In this document: piece after piece, positions 28,660 through 40,349 of the stretch
Layout: every line of letters begins with the position of its first letter
Numbering within the stretch: position 1 is the stretch's first letter
Assembly (NCBI GenBank): GCA_963726745.1
Contig: CAVSDR010000004.1
Span: forward strand, 224,001-288,000
Length of the DNA: 64,000 nt
Reading direction: 5' to 3'
Source: an uncultured Verrucomicrobiae bacterium
Lineage (GTDB): Bacteria > Verrucomicrobiota > Verrucomicrobiia > Chthoniobacterales > UBA10450
Translations under genes and position numbers: made by a program
Notes under the pieces: generated by a model
What the model saw: the letters and a program-made list of their open reading frames with translations, nothing else
Databases searched by the model: none
What the model was told of the DNA's origin: nothing

Positions 28660-31600
28660 GATCGACGGCGAAACCGGCGGCGCTGCGAATAGGCGAGCCC
28701 GAGGAAAGCGAGTGCGCCGGCCGCATAGGTCCCCGGTTCCGGCACCGCGGAGATCGGCGTGAGCTCGAAGAAGCCGCCGCCTAAATCAAATTGCGCCGCG
28801 CCCGGTCCGTAGCCATTGAAGGCGAAGCTCGCGAGGTTCCCGAGCTGGCTGGAATTAAAGATCAGCCGATCGGTGCCGCTATTGCCCACCGTGGCCAGGA
28901 GGCCGGTCCAGTTCAGGATCGTGACGAGATTCCCGCTCGGGACGAAGCTGGCAAAGCTGAGCACCCCGACCGCGCCCGTCCCGAAATCCAGCTTGGAACC
29001 GGCGGCCGTCAGGGTGAGCGCGCCCATGCCCGCACTGTTGGCTGCGCCTTCGTTGAACGCGCCTTTGGCCAACGTCCCGCCGGCGAGCGTGACCGAGGCC
29101 GCGTTGTTGATCTGGTTGCTCGCCCCGAGCAAGAGCGTGCCGCCGGAGTTGACCGTGATCGCGGTGGTCGAAGCGAGGGCGCTGCCCGAGGTGGTGCCGA
29201 GGAGCAATGTGCCCGCCTCGACCGTGGTCGTGCCGGTGAAATTGTTTAAGCCGGTGAGAGTGAGGACGCCGGTCCCGCTTTTCGCAAGGCTGCCCGTGCC
29301 GGTGAGGACGCCGGAGAAAGTCGTGCTCGTGCCGTCGCCCCCGGCGGTGAGCTTGGTCCCGCTACTGCCGACCACACCGAGGCTGATTGTGCCCGCGCCG
29401 GCGACGGAGCCGACGGTTTCGCTGTTGTCGTTCAAATCGAAGGTCGCGCCGCTGGCCACGACCACGGCCGAGTTATCGTGAATCCGTTCCGCGGCGGCGA
29501 GCTGCAGGGTGCCGCCGTTGATGGAGGTCGCGCCCGTCCGCGTGCTGCTGCCGGCCAGGATGAGCATGCCCGCGCCGATCTTGGTTAACGAACGCGCGCC
29601 GCCGCTTTCGGAGAGCGTGCCGTTGAGGATGAAGCTGTCGTCCAGGAGCTGAATGCCGATGGTGGAGTTCGAAGCGAGGACGATGTTGCCATTCCAGATG
29701 TTGTCGCCGGCGGCGACATCGATCGCGCCCGCGCCAGCCACGCCGCTGCCGTTGAGGGTGATCGTCTCGTTCCCCACGGTCAGGCCGGCAGGATCGATGA
29801 ACTGCAAGGCCGCGCCATTCGCGACCACGGTTTCGTTCCCCACCCCGGTGGCGCCGAGGGCCGCGGAATTTTGCACGCGAAGCACTCCGGTGTTGATCGA
29901 AGTGAGGCCGGTGAAAGTGTTGGCTGCGGTCAGGGTCAGGCTGCCGTTGCCGTTCTTGCTCACCCCGCCGCTGCCACTGATGACGCCGTTTGCCTGGATG
30001 TCGCCCGCGCCGGTGAAAGCGAGCGCGCGCGTCCCGAGCGAAATGGCGCCCACGCTCAGCAGTCCGCTATCGGAGCCGATCGTGCTGTCGCCCGCGAGGG
30101 TGATGCCGCCGGTCCACGAGCCGCCCGCGGTCGCGCGCAACGCGCCTGCGCCCGTGACCCCATTGCCCTCGAGGGTCAGGCTTTCGCCGTTGATCGAGAT
30201 CGCGCCGCCGAGCCGCAGCTCCGCACCCGCCATCACCGTCGTTCCGCTCGCGGTGCCGCCGAAGGCGCTCGCGTTTTGCGCCAGCAAGACGCCGGCATTG
30301 ACGCTCGTTAGGCCGGCGAAATTGTTCGCGCCGGATAGCGTGAGCGTGCCGCTGCCAGTCTTGGTGAAGCCGCCCGGGCCGCTCAGGATGCCCGAGAAAG
30401 TCGTGTCCAGGTTATTCGTCCCGGCCGAAAGCAGGGCGCTGCCTAACGACACTGCGCCCGCACCGCTGAGCGAGCCGACGGATTGGTTGAAGCTGTCCAA
30501 ATCGAGCGTCGCACCACTGGCCACGCTCAGGTCCGTCGCGCCCGCCAAAGCGCTGGCTAAACCAAGGCGCAGCGTGCCGGCGTTCACATTGGTCGCGCCG
30601 GTGAAAGTGTTCGCACCGGAAAGAGTCAGCACGCCGGTGCCGGTCTTAACGAAGGCACCGCTGCCGGTGAGGACACCGGAATAGGCGGTCGAAGAATTAT
30701 TCGCGCCCGCCGTTAGCGTCCCGGCTCCGAGTTGAACCGCGCCGCTGCCCGCGAGCGAGCCGATGCTGTCGCTGTATCCATTCAGCGCAAAGGTGGTGCC
30801 GCTCGCCAGGGTGAGGGCCGAGAGACTGGAGACGCCGTTCGCGCCCGCAAGCTGAAGCGTGCCGGCGCTGACTGTTGTCGCGCCGCTGTAGCTGCCGGCG
30901 GCGCTGAGCGTCAGCATGCCGGTCCCGGTTTTCGTCCAGCCGAACAAGCCCGAGATCGCGCCCAGGGTGGCGTTCGCCGAGGAGGTATCGAAGGTCGCAG
31001 CGCCGCTCAGCGTGACCGCGCCCAGCGTGAGGCCGGCGCCGTTGCTGCCGGTAAAGCTGAGCGTGCTCGCGCCGATCGCCAGCGTGCCGAGAGCATGAGT
31101 CACGGCCGGCGTGGTGCCGGTGAGGCGGCTGGCGTCGATCGTGGAATTCGCCGTGACCGTGAGATCGTTTGCGAAGTTGGTGCTGGCATCGTTGCGCAAG
31201 CGCAAGCTGCCGCCGTTCAGAGTCACACGGCCGCGATTGATCGCATCTCCGAGGGACTGCGCATCGCGCAGCTCGACGCTGCCGGCATTGATCTGGAGGA
31301 CGCCGTCAAAGTTTGCGTTGCCGCTCGGCACCACGAGCGCCCCGGCACCTTTCTTAAAGAGCGTGCTCGCGACGTTGCCGGTGACGAGAACATTGGCCGC
31401 GTTGCCGAGGGTGAGGGTTTGGCCGGAATTGATATCGAGCGTGCCGGCGAGATCCGCGGCCACGCTGAAGACCTTGGTCGCATCGGCCACGAACCCGGCG
31501 GTCACGTTGAGCGTGCCGCCGTTGAAAGTGACGTCGTTGCCGACATTCCCGAGATTGTTTTCCGCGCTGATCTGGAGCACGCCGCCGTTGAGGAAATTTG

Positions 31601-34600
31601 TGCCCGTGTAGATGTTCGCCCCGGAAAGAATGAGGAGCCCGCTGTCGGCTTTAGTCAGCGAGACGAGGCCGTCATCGGCGTCGCCGTAGAGGCCATTCGC
31701 GCCGGCGTTGTTGATGATGCTGGAAGAAATCGTGAGCGAGTCCGAGCCGTTGACCGCGATCGAGAGCGCGCCATTTGCGATCCCGCCCGCGGTCAACCGC
31801 CCCGCGCCGGAGATGGTGCTCGCAAGCGGGCTGCTCTTGATCAAGCCGCCGCTGGAGAGGTTGAGGGTGCGGGTGGCATCGCTGCCGAGATCGAGCGTGG
31901 CGATATCGTTCAAGACCAGCGCCTGGTTAGTCGTGGTGCCCGCGCCGGTCAAAGTGAACCCCGAAGCCTGGGCCAGGCTGGTCAGCTGCACCGTGGTCGA
32001 GGTCGCGTTCACGTTGACGCCATCGAGGCCGAGGTAGTAGGCGCTGAACGCCCGGATGCCATCCGCGGAGTACTCCGCAAAATCGCTCCCCACCCGGGCC
32101 CAGCCGCCGATGAAACCATTAGCCAGCCCATTGATGAAAATGTGCGGGCCGTCGCTCCCGGTGCCGAGCGCACCGCCTAACGAGTTGAAGTTGACCGAGG
32201 CGCCGCTGGTGATGGTGCCGAGGGCGGCAAAGATCAACGAGGAGCTGGTGCCAACGCCGCCCTGGTGGACCACGGTGACACTGGAAGCGCCGCTGAGGGC
32301 GTTGAGCGCGCCGACTGTCTCCGTCGATCCGGTCGCATCCGAGATGAAACGAAAGGTGCCGCCGCCGAGCCGGATCGCGGCGGTATTGGAGATGCGATCC
32401 GCGTGTTCCCCACCGCTGTTGTCGAGCGTCAGGGTGGTGCCGCTGTTGATCGTGAAGCTGGTCGCGCTCGCCGCGCTGCCGTTGTTCCCGGCGAGGAGCA
32501 CGGCGCCCGCGTTTAACGTCACGGTGCCGCTGAAGGTATTCGCGCCGGAGAGCGTAAGCGTGCCGAAGCCGGATTTCACAAACGCACCCGTGCCGCTGAT
32601 CGCGCCGGAAAACGCGGTCGAGGAATCGTCCGTCCCGGCATTCAAGGTAGCGGTCCCGAGGAGCACGCTCCCGGCGCCCGCGAGCGAGCCCACGGTTTCG
32701 CTCTTGCTGTTTAGATTGAAAGTCGCGCCCGCGCCGACCGTGACGGCCGAGGTGTCGGCAATCACATTGGCCACGCCGAGCGTGAGCGTGCCGTTGCTGA
32801 TCGTGGTCGCGCCGGTGTAAGTGTTCGCGCCGCTGAGGGTGAAGATCCCGCTGCCTGTTTTCGTGAGGCCGCCGCTGCCGCTGATGATGCCGGAAAAGGT
32901 CGTGGCCGAATTATTCGCTCCCACGCTCAAGATTCCGCTCCCGAGCGTGACGCTGCCGCCGACTCCCGCGAGCGAGCCGATGGCTTCGTCGTAATCGTTC
33001 AGGTCGAAAATCGCCCCGGTCGAAAGCGTGACCGCGGAAGCGGCCGAGATGGAATTGTCCACGCCCGAGGCGCAACGTGCCGGCGCTGACCGTGGTCGCG
33101 CCGGTGTAGCTGTTCGCGCCGGCGAGGGTCACCACGCCGGCAGTGGTTTTCGTTAGGCCAACCGGGCCACCGAGGATGACGCCGATCGCGCCGCTGCTGA
33201 CCGCGTAGTTGGCGTTGCTCGTGAGCGTGGAGCTGCCGCTGCCGGTGATGCTGCCGCTGGTGAGCGTGACCGTGCCGACGGTGTCGCTGTGATCGGCCCC
33301 GAGATCGAGCGTGCCGCCATTGATCGTGACGCCGCCGCTGCCGAGGGCATCGCTCACTCCGTAGGCCAGGGTGCCGGCGCTCACGGTGGTGAGACCGCTA
33401 AACGTGTTTGCGTTGCTCAGCCGGACGGTTCCGCCGCCGATTTTCGTCAGGCCAAAGGCACCCGAGATGATCCCGGCGAAGTCCACTCCGCCGCCTGTCG
33501 CAGCGGTGACCGTCAGGAGATGGCTCAGGTTGATCGGGCCGGAGAAAATGTTGATCCCGGTGGTGTTCTGGCCGCCGAGCGTGAGCAATCCCGTGCTGCC
33601 GGCGCGGACGTTGATCGTGTTTGCGATCGTGCGCCCGGTCGCGGTGCCGAAAAGCAGGCTGGCCGCGTTCGAAGTCGTGATCGTGTCGCCTAAATTCACC
33701 GCCGCGGAGCCGAGCGCGCCATCGACCACGAGCGGGCCGTTCAAGAGGTCGGTCGTGCCGGTGTAGGTATTGGCGCCGCCGAGATAAAGCGTGCCCAGGC
33801 CAGTCTTGACCAACCCGCTGCTGGCGGTGCCGTCGGAGATCACGCCATTGACGATGAAATCGTTATCCCCGGTGACGGCGTTGTTGTTGATCAGGAAAGT
33901 GCGGGTGCCGTTCAAGCCCAGATTGGCGCTGACCGTGGTTACAGCGGTGGTCAAGGCGGTGGCGGTGACGTTGCCGCCGAGATCGAGCCGCCCGCTGCCG
34001 ATGATGCTGCCGCCAGTCGTGGTCAGCGCGCCGATGCGTTCGGTGAAGCTTTGCAGGTTGAGGACGCCGTCCAGCTTGAGATTGACCGTGGCCGCGTCGG
34101 GGACCTGATCGGCCGCATTCCATTGCACGATCGCGGAACCGGCCGCGCCTAACGAATCGCCGATCGTAAGCGTGGTGCTCGCAAAGGCATTGACGCCCGC
34201 GGTCTTGGCCAGGAGGAGCGTGCCATCGTTTACGATCGAGCTGCCGGAGTAGGTATTCGCCGCCGTCCCGCCGAGCGAGAGCGTGCCCGTGCCACTCTTG
34301 GTCAGGGCGAATGCTCCGCCGACCACGCCGCCGAACGCGACCGAGTTGTTGACCGTGAGCGTGACCGCTTTCGTCATCGTCACCGCGTTCGTGAAAGTGA
34401 AATCGTTCGCGCCGGAATAGGTGGTGTTACCGCCGAGGGAAACCAGGTTTCCGATCGTGCGGGCCCCGCCGCCGGCCTGGAGCGTGCCGGTGGTAAGGGT
34501 CAAGGTGCCGGTCCCGGCCGCCGCATCATTCCCCAGCACGAGCGTGCCCGCGCTCAGCGCGGTGCCCAGCGTGTAGGTGTTCGCGTTGTTCAAGACCAAG

Positions 34601-35477
34601 GTGCCGGCCCCGGTTTTGGTCAGTTTGCGCGCACCGCCGGATATGAGGCCATCGAAGGTCACCACGCCCGTTCCGCTCACGGTCAGCGTGCGGCTTCCGG
34701 TCATATTCACCGCCCCGCTGAAGCCGAGCGCCTCGGCCCCACTGAAGGTGGGATTGCCGGCCAGCGTAAGGGCGTTTGCGAGCGTCCGCGCCGCGCCGCC
34801 GGTATTCAACGTGGCCGTGCCGAGCGAAAGCGTCCCCGGCCCGATCGCGGAGTTGCTCCCCATGCACGAGCGTGCCCGCCGAGAGCGTCGTCGTGCCGGT
34901 GTAGCCATTAACGCCAGACAAAGTGAGCGTTCCCGTGCCGCTTTTGGTCAAGCCGCCGGCGCCGGTGATGTTTCCGGCAATGCTGGTGTTGAAGGCTCCG
35001 GTGAGCGTAAGCACAAACGCTCCCGTGCTCACATTGCCACCGAAAGCGAGGCCGCCGGCGCTGGCGTTCCACGTCTGCGCGCTGCCGAGCGTGAGGTTGT
35101 TGTTAATCGTCTGCGTGCTCGTGCTGCTGTTTAAAATTCCCGCCGCGGTCGTGATCGTGTAGGTCCCGGCGCCTCCGAGGGTGAAGGCAGCCGGCGGTCG
35201 CATTAAAGCTGAGCGAGCCGACCGAGAGGCTGGAAGTGAGCTGCGCCAGGAGGCTGCTGGTGCCCGCGAAAATAAGGAGGTCGCCCAGGAGCGGGCTCTG
35301 CGCCGGACTCCAATTCCCCGCGGTCGCGACGTTGCCGTCGCCGGCCGACCCGGTCCAGGTGAGCGTGGCCGCCGGCAGCGGGGAGCGCGGGAAAAAGGCG
35401 CAACAAAGCACCGCGGAGACGAAGGAAAGCTTCCTCGTCGCCGAACGATTGGCACTTCTTCTAGGCCCGCGGGACAT
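28632..35477 (-). CDS. Giant (about 2,280 aa) PEP-CTERM surface protein with autotransporter-associated beta-strand repeats; split by about 3 indels
   Basis: Consecutive ORFs 35103-35477, 34526-35455, 32911-34908 and 28632-33062 join. Many LTKxGxGTLTLSGxNTYTGxTxVxAGTL repeats; C-terminal VPEPGT + TM + RRRFRRR. Confidence 0.92.
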
Positions 35478-35489
35478 CTCGCGTTCCTA

Positions 35490-35505
35490 AGCGGCTACCG
35501 TGCCA
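35490..35505 (-). promoter_or_regulatory. Putative sigma54 (-24/-12) promoter of the PEP-CTERM gene
   Basis: Minus strand TGGCACGGTAGCCGCT, exact GG-N10-GC spacing, just upstream of the ATG. Confidence 0.6.
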
Positions 35506-35552
35506 TGGGGGCACGTGCCTCGGCGCCGGCCGGGGAAGAGACGGCCGCGCGG

Positions 35553-36323
35553 CTACCGTTTACTGGCCAGAGTGCTGGCTAATTTCACGTCCAGCTGGCG
35601 ATTGATTTTCGCCGCCCAGGCGCGTGAGGCCTCGGTGTTGTAGTGAATCCCGTCGCCGCCGGTCTGCCCGCGGATGTAGCTGGTTAATTCCCGCGAATCG
35701 ATCACCTCAAAGCGATTCCGCCGCGCCGCCGCCTGGATGAGTCGATGGATGCGATCCTGCCGCTTCCGGAGCGCGGCCGAATCCGGCGGAGCAATCCAGA
35801 CGATTTGCTGCACGCCGGGCGCGCGGACCGCGCGGATGAAGCGGTCGGCAAAACGGCTGATCTGCGCGTCGCTTAGATTCCGATCCATCCAATTCGTCCC
35901 GAGCTGAACCAGCACCACCGTGGGCCGGTAGCGCCGGACGAGCCCTTCCACCTTCGGCGTGAGCGTCGAGCGCGGGCGCTTGCCGTTCACGAAATCGCGG
36001 AAGACCGGGCGGCCATCCGGGGTCACTTCGCGATAGCCGCAGTGGGTGTAGAAGTTTGGCTGGTCCGCCAGCCAGTTTTCCGGCGAAGAACCGCAGGAGG
36101 CAAAGGCGGCCACGTTTTGCGGGCCGAAGCGCGTCGCCAGGTGGCGCTGCACCGCCTCGCCGAATGGCCCCGCGGAGAGCGAATCGCCAATCATAAGGAC
36201 GCGCGCGGTCGCGCGGTTGCTCGCCGCGGTGGGCGCAGCCGGGCGCGCGGTGCCACCGGCGATGAGCGCGAAGCTCCCGAGGCAAAGGGCCATGGCAAAG
36301 AGCGTGAGCAGCGGGCGGAACAT
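35553..36323 (-). CDS. Exported SGNH/GDSL hydrolase-like protein
   Basis: Signal peptide; IGDSLS, QLGTN, GDGIHY. Confidence 0.88.
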   Translation of the reverse strand: MFRPLLTLFAMALCLGSFALIAGGTARPAAPTAASNRATARVLMIGDSLSAGPFGEAVQRHLATRFGPQNVAAFASCGSSPENWLADQPNFYTHCGYREVTPDGRPVFRDFVNGKRPRSTLTPKVEGLVRRYRPTVVLVQLGTNWMDRNLSDAQISRFADRFIRAVRAPGVQQIVWIAPPDSAALRKRQDRIHRLIQAAARRNRFEVIDSRELTSYIRGQTGGDGIHYNTEASRAWAAKINRQLDVKLASTLASKR

Positions 36324-36331
36324 CTTGCTGG

Positions 36332-37699
36332 CTAACGATGGTTCGGATGCTTCGCCAGGTCTTCCAGCGGGATGAACGGCGTGAGATTGATCTGGCCCGT
36401 CTCGTCCCGCATTTTCGCCGTGTTCCATAGCGTGCCTTCCAGCGGATGGAGCCGTAATTTATAGCGTTTGCCGAGCCGAAACTTCTCCAGCTTCTGCGGC
36501 TTGAGCCCAATGAACGCCGGGTGCATCACCAAAATCTGCGCGTCGGCATACTGCCCGCGCACGACCTTGTCCACGCGGTAGACGTAAGCCACCAGCGCCT
36601 CCTGATACGGCAGCAGCTCGCGCAATTGCATCGGCGCGGACTTGAAAACCAAGGTCGCTTTCACGATCAGCGGCTCGAATTTTTTCGGCGGCGGGGCCGG
36701 CGTGAGCACGGGCGCGGGGGTGCTCACCGGCTCCGCGCGCTGCGCCACCGGCTCGGCCCGGAGCGCGACCGCTTCCGCGCGTTGCGGCACGGGCTCGGCA
36801 CGTGCGATCGGCCCGCTCCCCTGCCCCAGCGGCTGAAGTGCGGCGATCGGCTGCTGCGCCAGATCCTGCTGGATAATGGCGTAAACTTTGTCGGCCCATT
36901 CATCCATCTGCGCGCCGAGGAAGTGCTCCTTATCCGGCTCCATGTGCTGGTAGGGATACGTGACGAGCTTGCGGCTATCGATCACCTGCACCTCGGGGCC
37001 GAGATTTTCTTGCACCTGCTGGAGGAGGAAATCCTGCACTTCCGGCGCGACCCGGCCGGAGGTAGGCGGGTTGACCCAATAGATCTTCTTGATCGGCGAA
37101 GCGCCGCTAATCGCCTTTTCCTTGAAGGGCTGGAGGTATTTCCGCAGCTCCGCGGTGTGCCGGGCCACGTGGACCGATTTCGCGTCCGGGAAAAGGCCGA
37201 AAAGGTTGCTGCCGGTTTGCACCACGAGCACGTCCGGCTTGGCCGCGTCGAGCAATTCCTCGAGCTTTGGGACAAGGTGCGCCTTGGGCACATGGCCCGG
37301 GCTCATCCCGTAGACGTCCTGCATTTCGCGCGGCTCCTGCCCGAGCGACTCGATGCTCCAGTAGCCGCACTGTGTGCGCACGTTGCTGTAGGGTTTTTCC
37401 TTCAGCCAGCTCAATGGATTCGTCCCGCAGGTCATGTAGCTGAAGGTGGCGTTGACCTTCGGGTCGTTCCGGAAAAGGAAATCGAGATGTTTCCCAAAGC
37501 CGCAGAGCGCGAGCGAATCGCCCAGGAAGAGGACGTTTAATTTTCCCGCGGGCGCTGGATTGGCCTCCGGCAAAGGCGGCGCACTCGGAGCCGGCGCGGC
37601 CGCGGGTTTGCTGCGCGCGGCGAAGGAGCTGCCGGCGAGTGCGAGCAGACTCGTTAGGCAAATAGCCCGCGTTCTCCACCGTTGCCCCCCTTTGTTCAT
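36332..37699 (-). CDS. Exported SGNH-like protein with Pro-rich linker and extra C-terminal domain
   Basis: LGDSL, QTGSN, PDKEHF; four RAEPV-type heptads in the linker. Confidence 0.8.
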   Translation of the reverse strand: MNKGGQRWRTRAICLTSLLALAGSSFAARSKPAAAPAPSAPPLPEANPAPAGKLNVLFLGDSLALCGFGKHLDFLFRNDPKVNATFSYMTCGTNPLSWLKEKPYSNVRTQCGYWSIESLGQEPREMQDVYGMSPGHVPKAHLVPKLEELLDAAKPDVLVVQTGSNLFGLFPDAKSVHVARHTAELRKYLQPFKEKAISGASPIKKIYWVNPPTSGRVAPEVQDFLLQQVQENLGPEVQVIDSRKLVTYPYQHMEPDKEHFLGAQMDEWADKVYAIIQQDLAQQPIAALQPLGQGSGPIARAEPVPQRAEAVALRAEPVAQRAEPVSTPAPVLTPAPPPKKFEPLIVKATLVFKSAPMQLRELLPYQEALVAYVYRVDKVVRGQYADAQILVMHPAFIGLKPQKLEKFRLGKRYKLRLHPLEGTLWNTAKMRDETGQINLTPFIPLEDLAKHPNHR

Positions 37700-37754
37700 G
37701 CGCGCGGCTTCCTTGAACCCCATCTTCCCTCCGCGTCAAGCCGGCCCCAGCGGC

Positions 37755-38784
37755 CTACTTCGCAATCGGCTGCACCACCCAGCCCTGGTCGGCCTCGGTG
37801 AAGTCGCGCGCGGCGAAGCACCAGACGACGACTTTCTTTTTCGCGAGAAAGTCCGGTTCGCTCCGGCTCCGGCGATAGAGGCTCACCCGCACCGCCGTGG
37901 CCCCGGAGCCGCGCGTGCCGATGAGATCGGGCGCGAAGCCCAGCTCGGCCGCGAGTTGATCGAGCAAGCCCGCGCGTTCCGCGAGGAACTCGTGGAAGAC
38001 GAGCGTGTGGCTGTCGCCTAACAAGAGCACCGGGCTGTTGGGATCCGGCTGCACCGGCGGCGAAATTTGCCGGATGGCGATCGGCTCCGGCGGCGGTTTG
38101 GCGCCGCCCGGGGTGAGCAGGCTCAAGTCGCCGACGATGTTGATCTCCTTCCACTCTTTGGTGTAAGGCCGGGCCGGCGCCGGCAGACTCGTTAGGCGCT
38201 CGCGGATGCGCTGCGCCACCGCCTCGCCCGCCAGCGCGCAGCCAATCCCCGACCAGTGACTGTCGGTCTTGCAATCGACGTAGCCGCGCGCGCTCTCTTT
38301 GTTGCGCGTAAAGAGCGGCGCAAGGTCGAGCACCTCGACCCCGTGGCTCGCGGAGTTCGGCATAGAACGCCTCCAGCGCAGGCATCGCCGCCGCGGGCGC
38401 ATTCGCGATGCCGATTTTCTCCGGGTAAATCCCGGCCTTTGGCGGCACTGGCACGAGCAGGAGCTCGATATTCCGCTCCTTCAGTTGGCGGTGGAAATCG
38501 AGGATCGCCGGGAGCGGATCGGCCGCGCTCGGCTGGCGCGCGCGGCTCACTTTCGCCGCCGCGTCGCCCCAGAAACGGCCCTGCGCGAGGAAGCGCAATT
38601 CGCTGGCTAAAAACAGCCAGCCTTCTCTCCCCGCGATCGCGCCGGCGTTCGCTTTCTCCGCTGCGGTCACGCGCGCCGCGAGCTCTTTCTGGAAAGCCTC
38701 CTGCTCCGGGGAAACCGCGACCTCGCCGCGCACCAGGGCCGCGGTAAGGGCAAGGAAGAGGCCGGGGAAAGTCGCGAAACGCAT
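37755..38784 (-). CDS. AlgJ/AlgX-like O-acetyltransferase (frameshift near 38350)
   Basis: GREGWLF, LLVPVPPK, KTDSHWS, GDL, LLGDSH. Confidence 0.85.
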
Positions 38785-38879
38785 CGGAAACGGGAAAGGA
38801 AACCGGAAGCCGTCCGGGAGCAAATGCGAGACGCTTTTTCCCCTTTCACCCTTGCGCACTCTCCGCACTATATCGGCGC

Positions 38880-40349
38880 GTGGTTTTCAGCTCGCACATC
38901 TTTCTCTTCTACTTCCTGCCGCTGGCGCTGCTCGGTTACTACGCGCTCGTGGCCGCGCCGCAGCGCTGGCGCAATGGCTGGCTCATCCTCACCGGCTACA
39001 TTTTCTACGGCTGGGCCGAGCCGCGCTTCATCATCCTGATGTTCGCCACCACCTCGATCGACTGGCTCATGAGCCTGGTGATCGCGCGCGATTCCTGGCG
39101 CTGCTGGAAAGGCGGGAGCGTCGCCGCTTTGCCGAAGCGCGGGCCGCGCTCGCGCACCCAGCATAGCGCGATCGTCATTTCGGTGGTCTCGAATCTCGTC
39201 GTCCTCGGCTTCTTCAAGTACTTCAACTTCGGGGTCGAGAGCTACAACGACCTCGTGCAGTCGTTAGGCTGGGCCAATGTGCAGTTCGACGCTTTCTTCC
39301 GCGTGGTCCTGCCGCTCGGGATCAGCTTCTACACCTTCCAGGCGCTCAGCTACACGATCGACGTCTACCGCGGCGAGGCCGAGGCGATGGCTAATTTCGT
39401 CGACTTCTCCTGCTTCGTTTCCATGTTCCCGCACCTGGTCGCGGGGCCGATCCTGAAGTTCTCCTTTCTCGCGGAGCAGTTGAAGCACCGCACGCTCACG
39501 AGCGAAAAATTCGCGCGCGGGGTGAGCTTTTTCATGCTCGGGCTGGCCAAGAAAATCCTGCTCGCCAATCCGTGCGGGAAGATCGCCGACACTTGCTTCG
39601 ATGCCGGCGCGGTCGGGACGGTTGACTCCTGGTTTGGCGCGGTCGCTTACTCGTTCCAGATCTATTTCGACTTCAGCGGCTACTCCGACATGGCGATTGG
39701 CCTCGGCCTCATGCTTGGCTTCGTCTTCGCGAAGAATTTCGATTCGCCCTATCGCGCGGAATCGATCACCGACTTCTGGCGCCGCTGGCACATCTCGCTG
39801 TCTACCTGGCTGCGCGAATACCTTTACATTCCGCTCGGCGGGAATCGCGGCACGCTCGCCCGCACCTACGCGAACCTGATCATCACCATGATCCTCGGCG
39901 GCCTCTGGCACGGCGCCTCGTGGAATTTCGTCCTCTGGGGCGGCCTGCATGGCGGGATGCTGGCCTTCGAGCGCAGCCAGGGGCGCGAAGGGTTTTATCA
40001 CCGCCTGCCGAAGCCGCTGCGGATCGGCGTGACCTTCCTGATCGTGCTCATCGGCTGGGTCTTCTTCCGCGCCTCCGACCTCCATGCGGCCACGAGTTAT
40101 TTAGGCAGCATGTTCATGCTCCATCAGGTGCCGGCGGGCGCGGGTTTGCTCGCGGGCATCATCTACCAGCCGTATTACCTGCTCTCGTTAGGCGCGGCCG
40201 CGCTGATCGTCTGGGCCGGGCGGCAAACCTGGGAATGGACCCAGCGCATGACCTTGCCGAAGACGGCGGTTTGCTTCGGGCTCGGCTGGGTCGCGCTCAT
40301 CGTCCTCGCGACCCAGGAATACAATCCGTTCATCTATTTCATCTTCTAA
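38880..40349 (+). CDS. MBOAT O-acyltransferase, AlgI/PatA family
   Basis: MVFSS..FL, LPLGISFYTFQ, FPHLVAGPI, QIYFDFSGYSDMAIG, FWRRWHISLS, GGLWHGA, NPFIYFIF. Confidence 0.95.
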   Translation: MVFSSHIFLFYFLPLALLGYYALVAAPQRWRNGWLILTGYIFYGWAEPRFIILMFATTSIDWLMSLVIARDSWRCWKGGSVAALPKRGPRSRTQHSAIVISVVSNLVVLGFFKYFNFGVESYNDLVQSLGWANVQFDAFFRVVLPLGISFYTFQALSYTIDVYRGEAEAMANFVDFSCFVSMFPHLVAGPILKFSFLAEQLKHRTLTSEKFARGVSFFMLGLAKKILLANPCGKIADTCFDAGAVGTVDSWFGAVAYSFQIYFDFSGYSDMAIGLGLMLGFVFAKNFDSPYRAESITDFWRRWHISLSTWLREYLYIPLGGNRGTLARTYANLIITMILGGLWHGASWNFVLWGGLHGGMLAFERSQGREGFYHRLPKPLRIGVTFLIVLIGWVFFRASDLHAATSYLGSMFMLHQVPAGAGLLAGIIYQPYYLLSLGAAALIVWAGRQTWEWTQRMTLPKTAVCFGLGWVALIVLATQEYNPFIYFIF

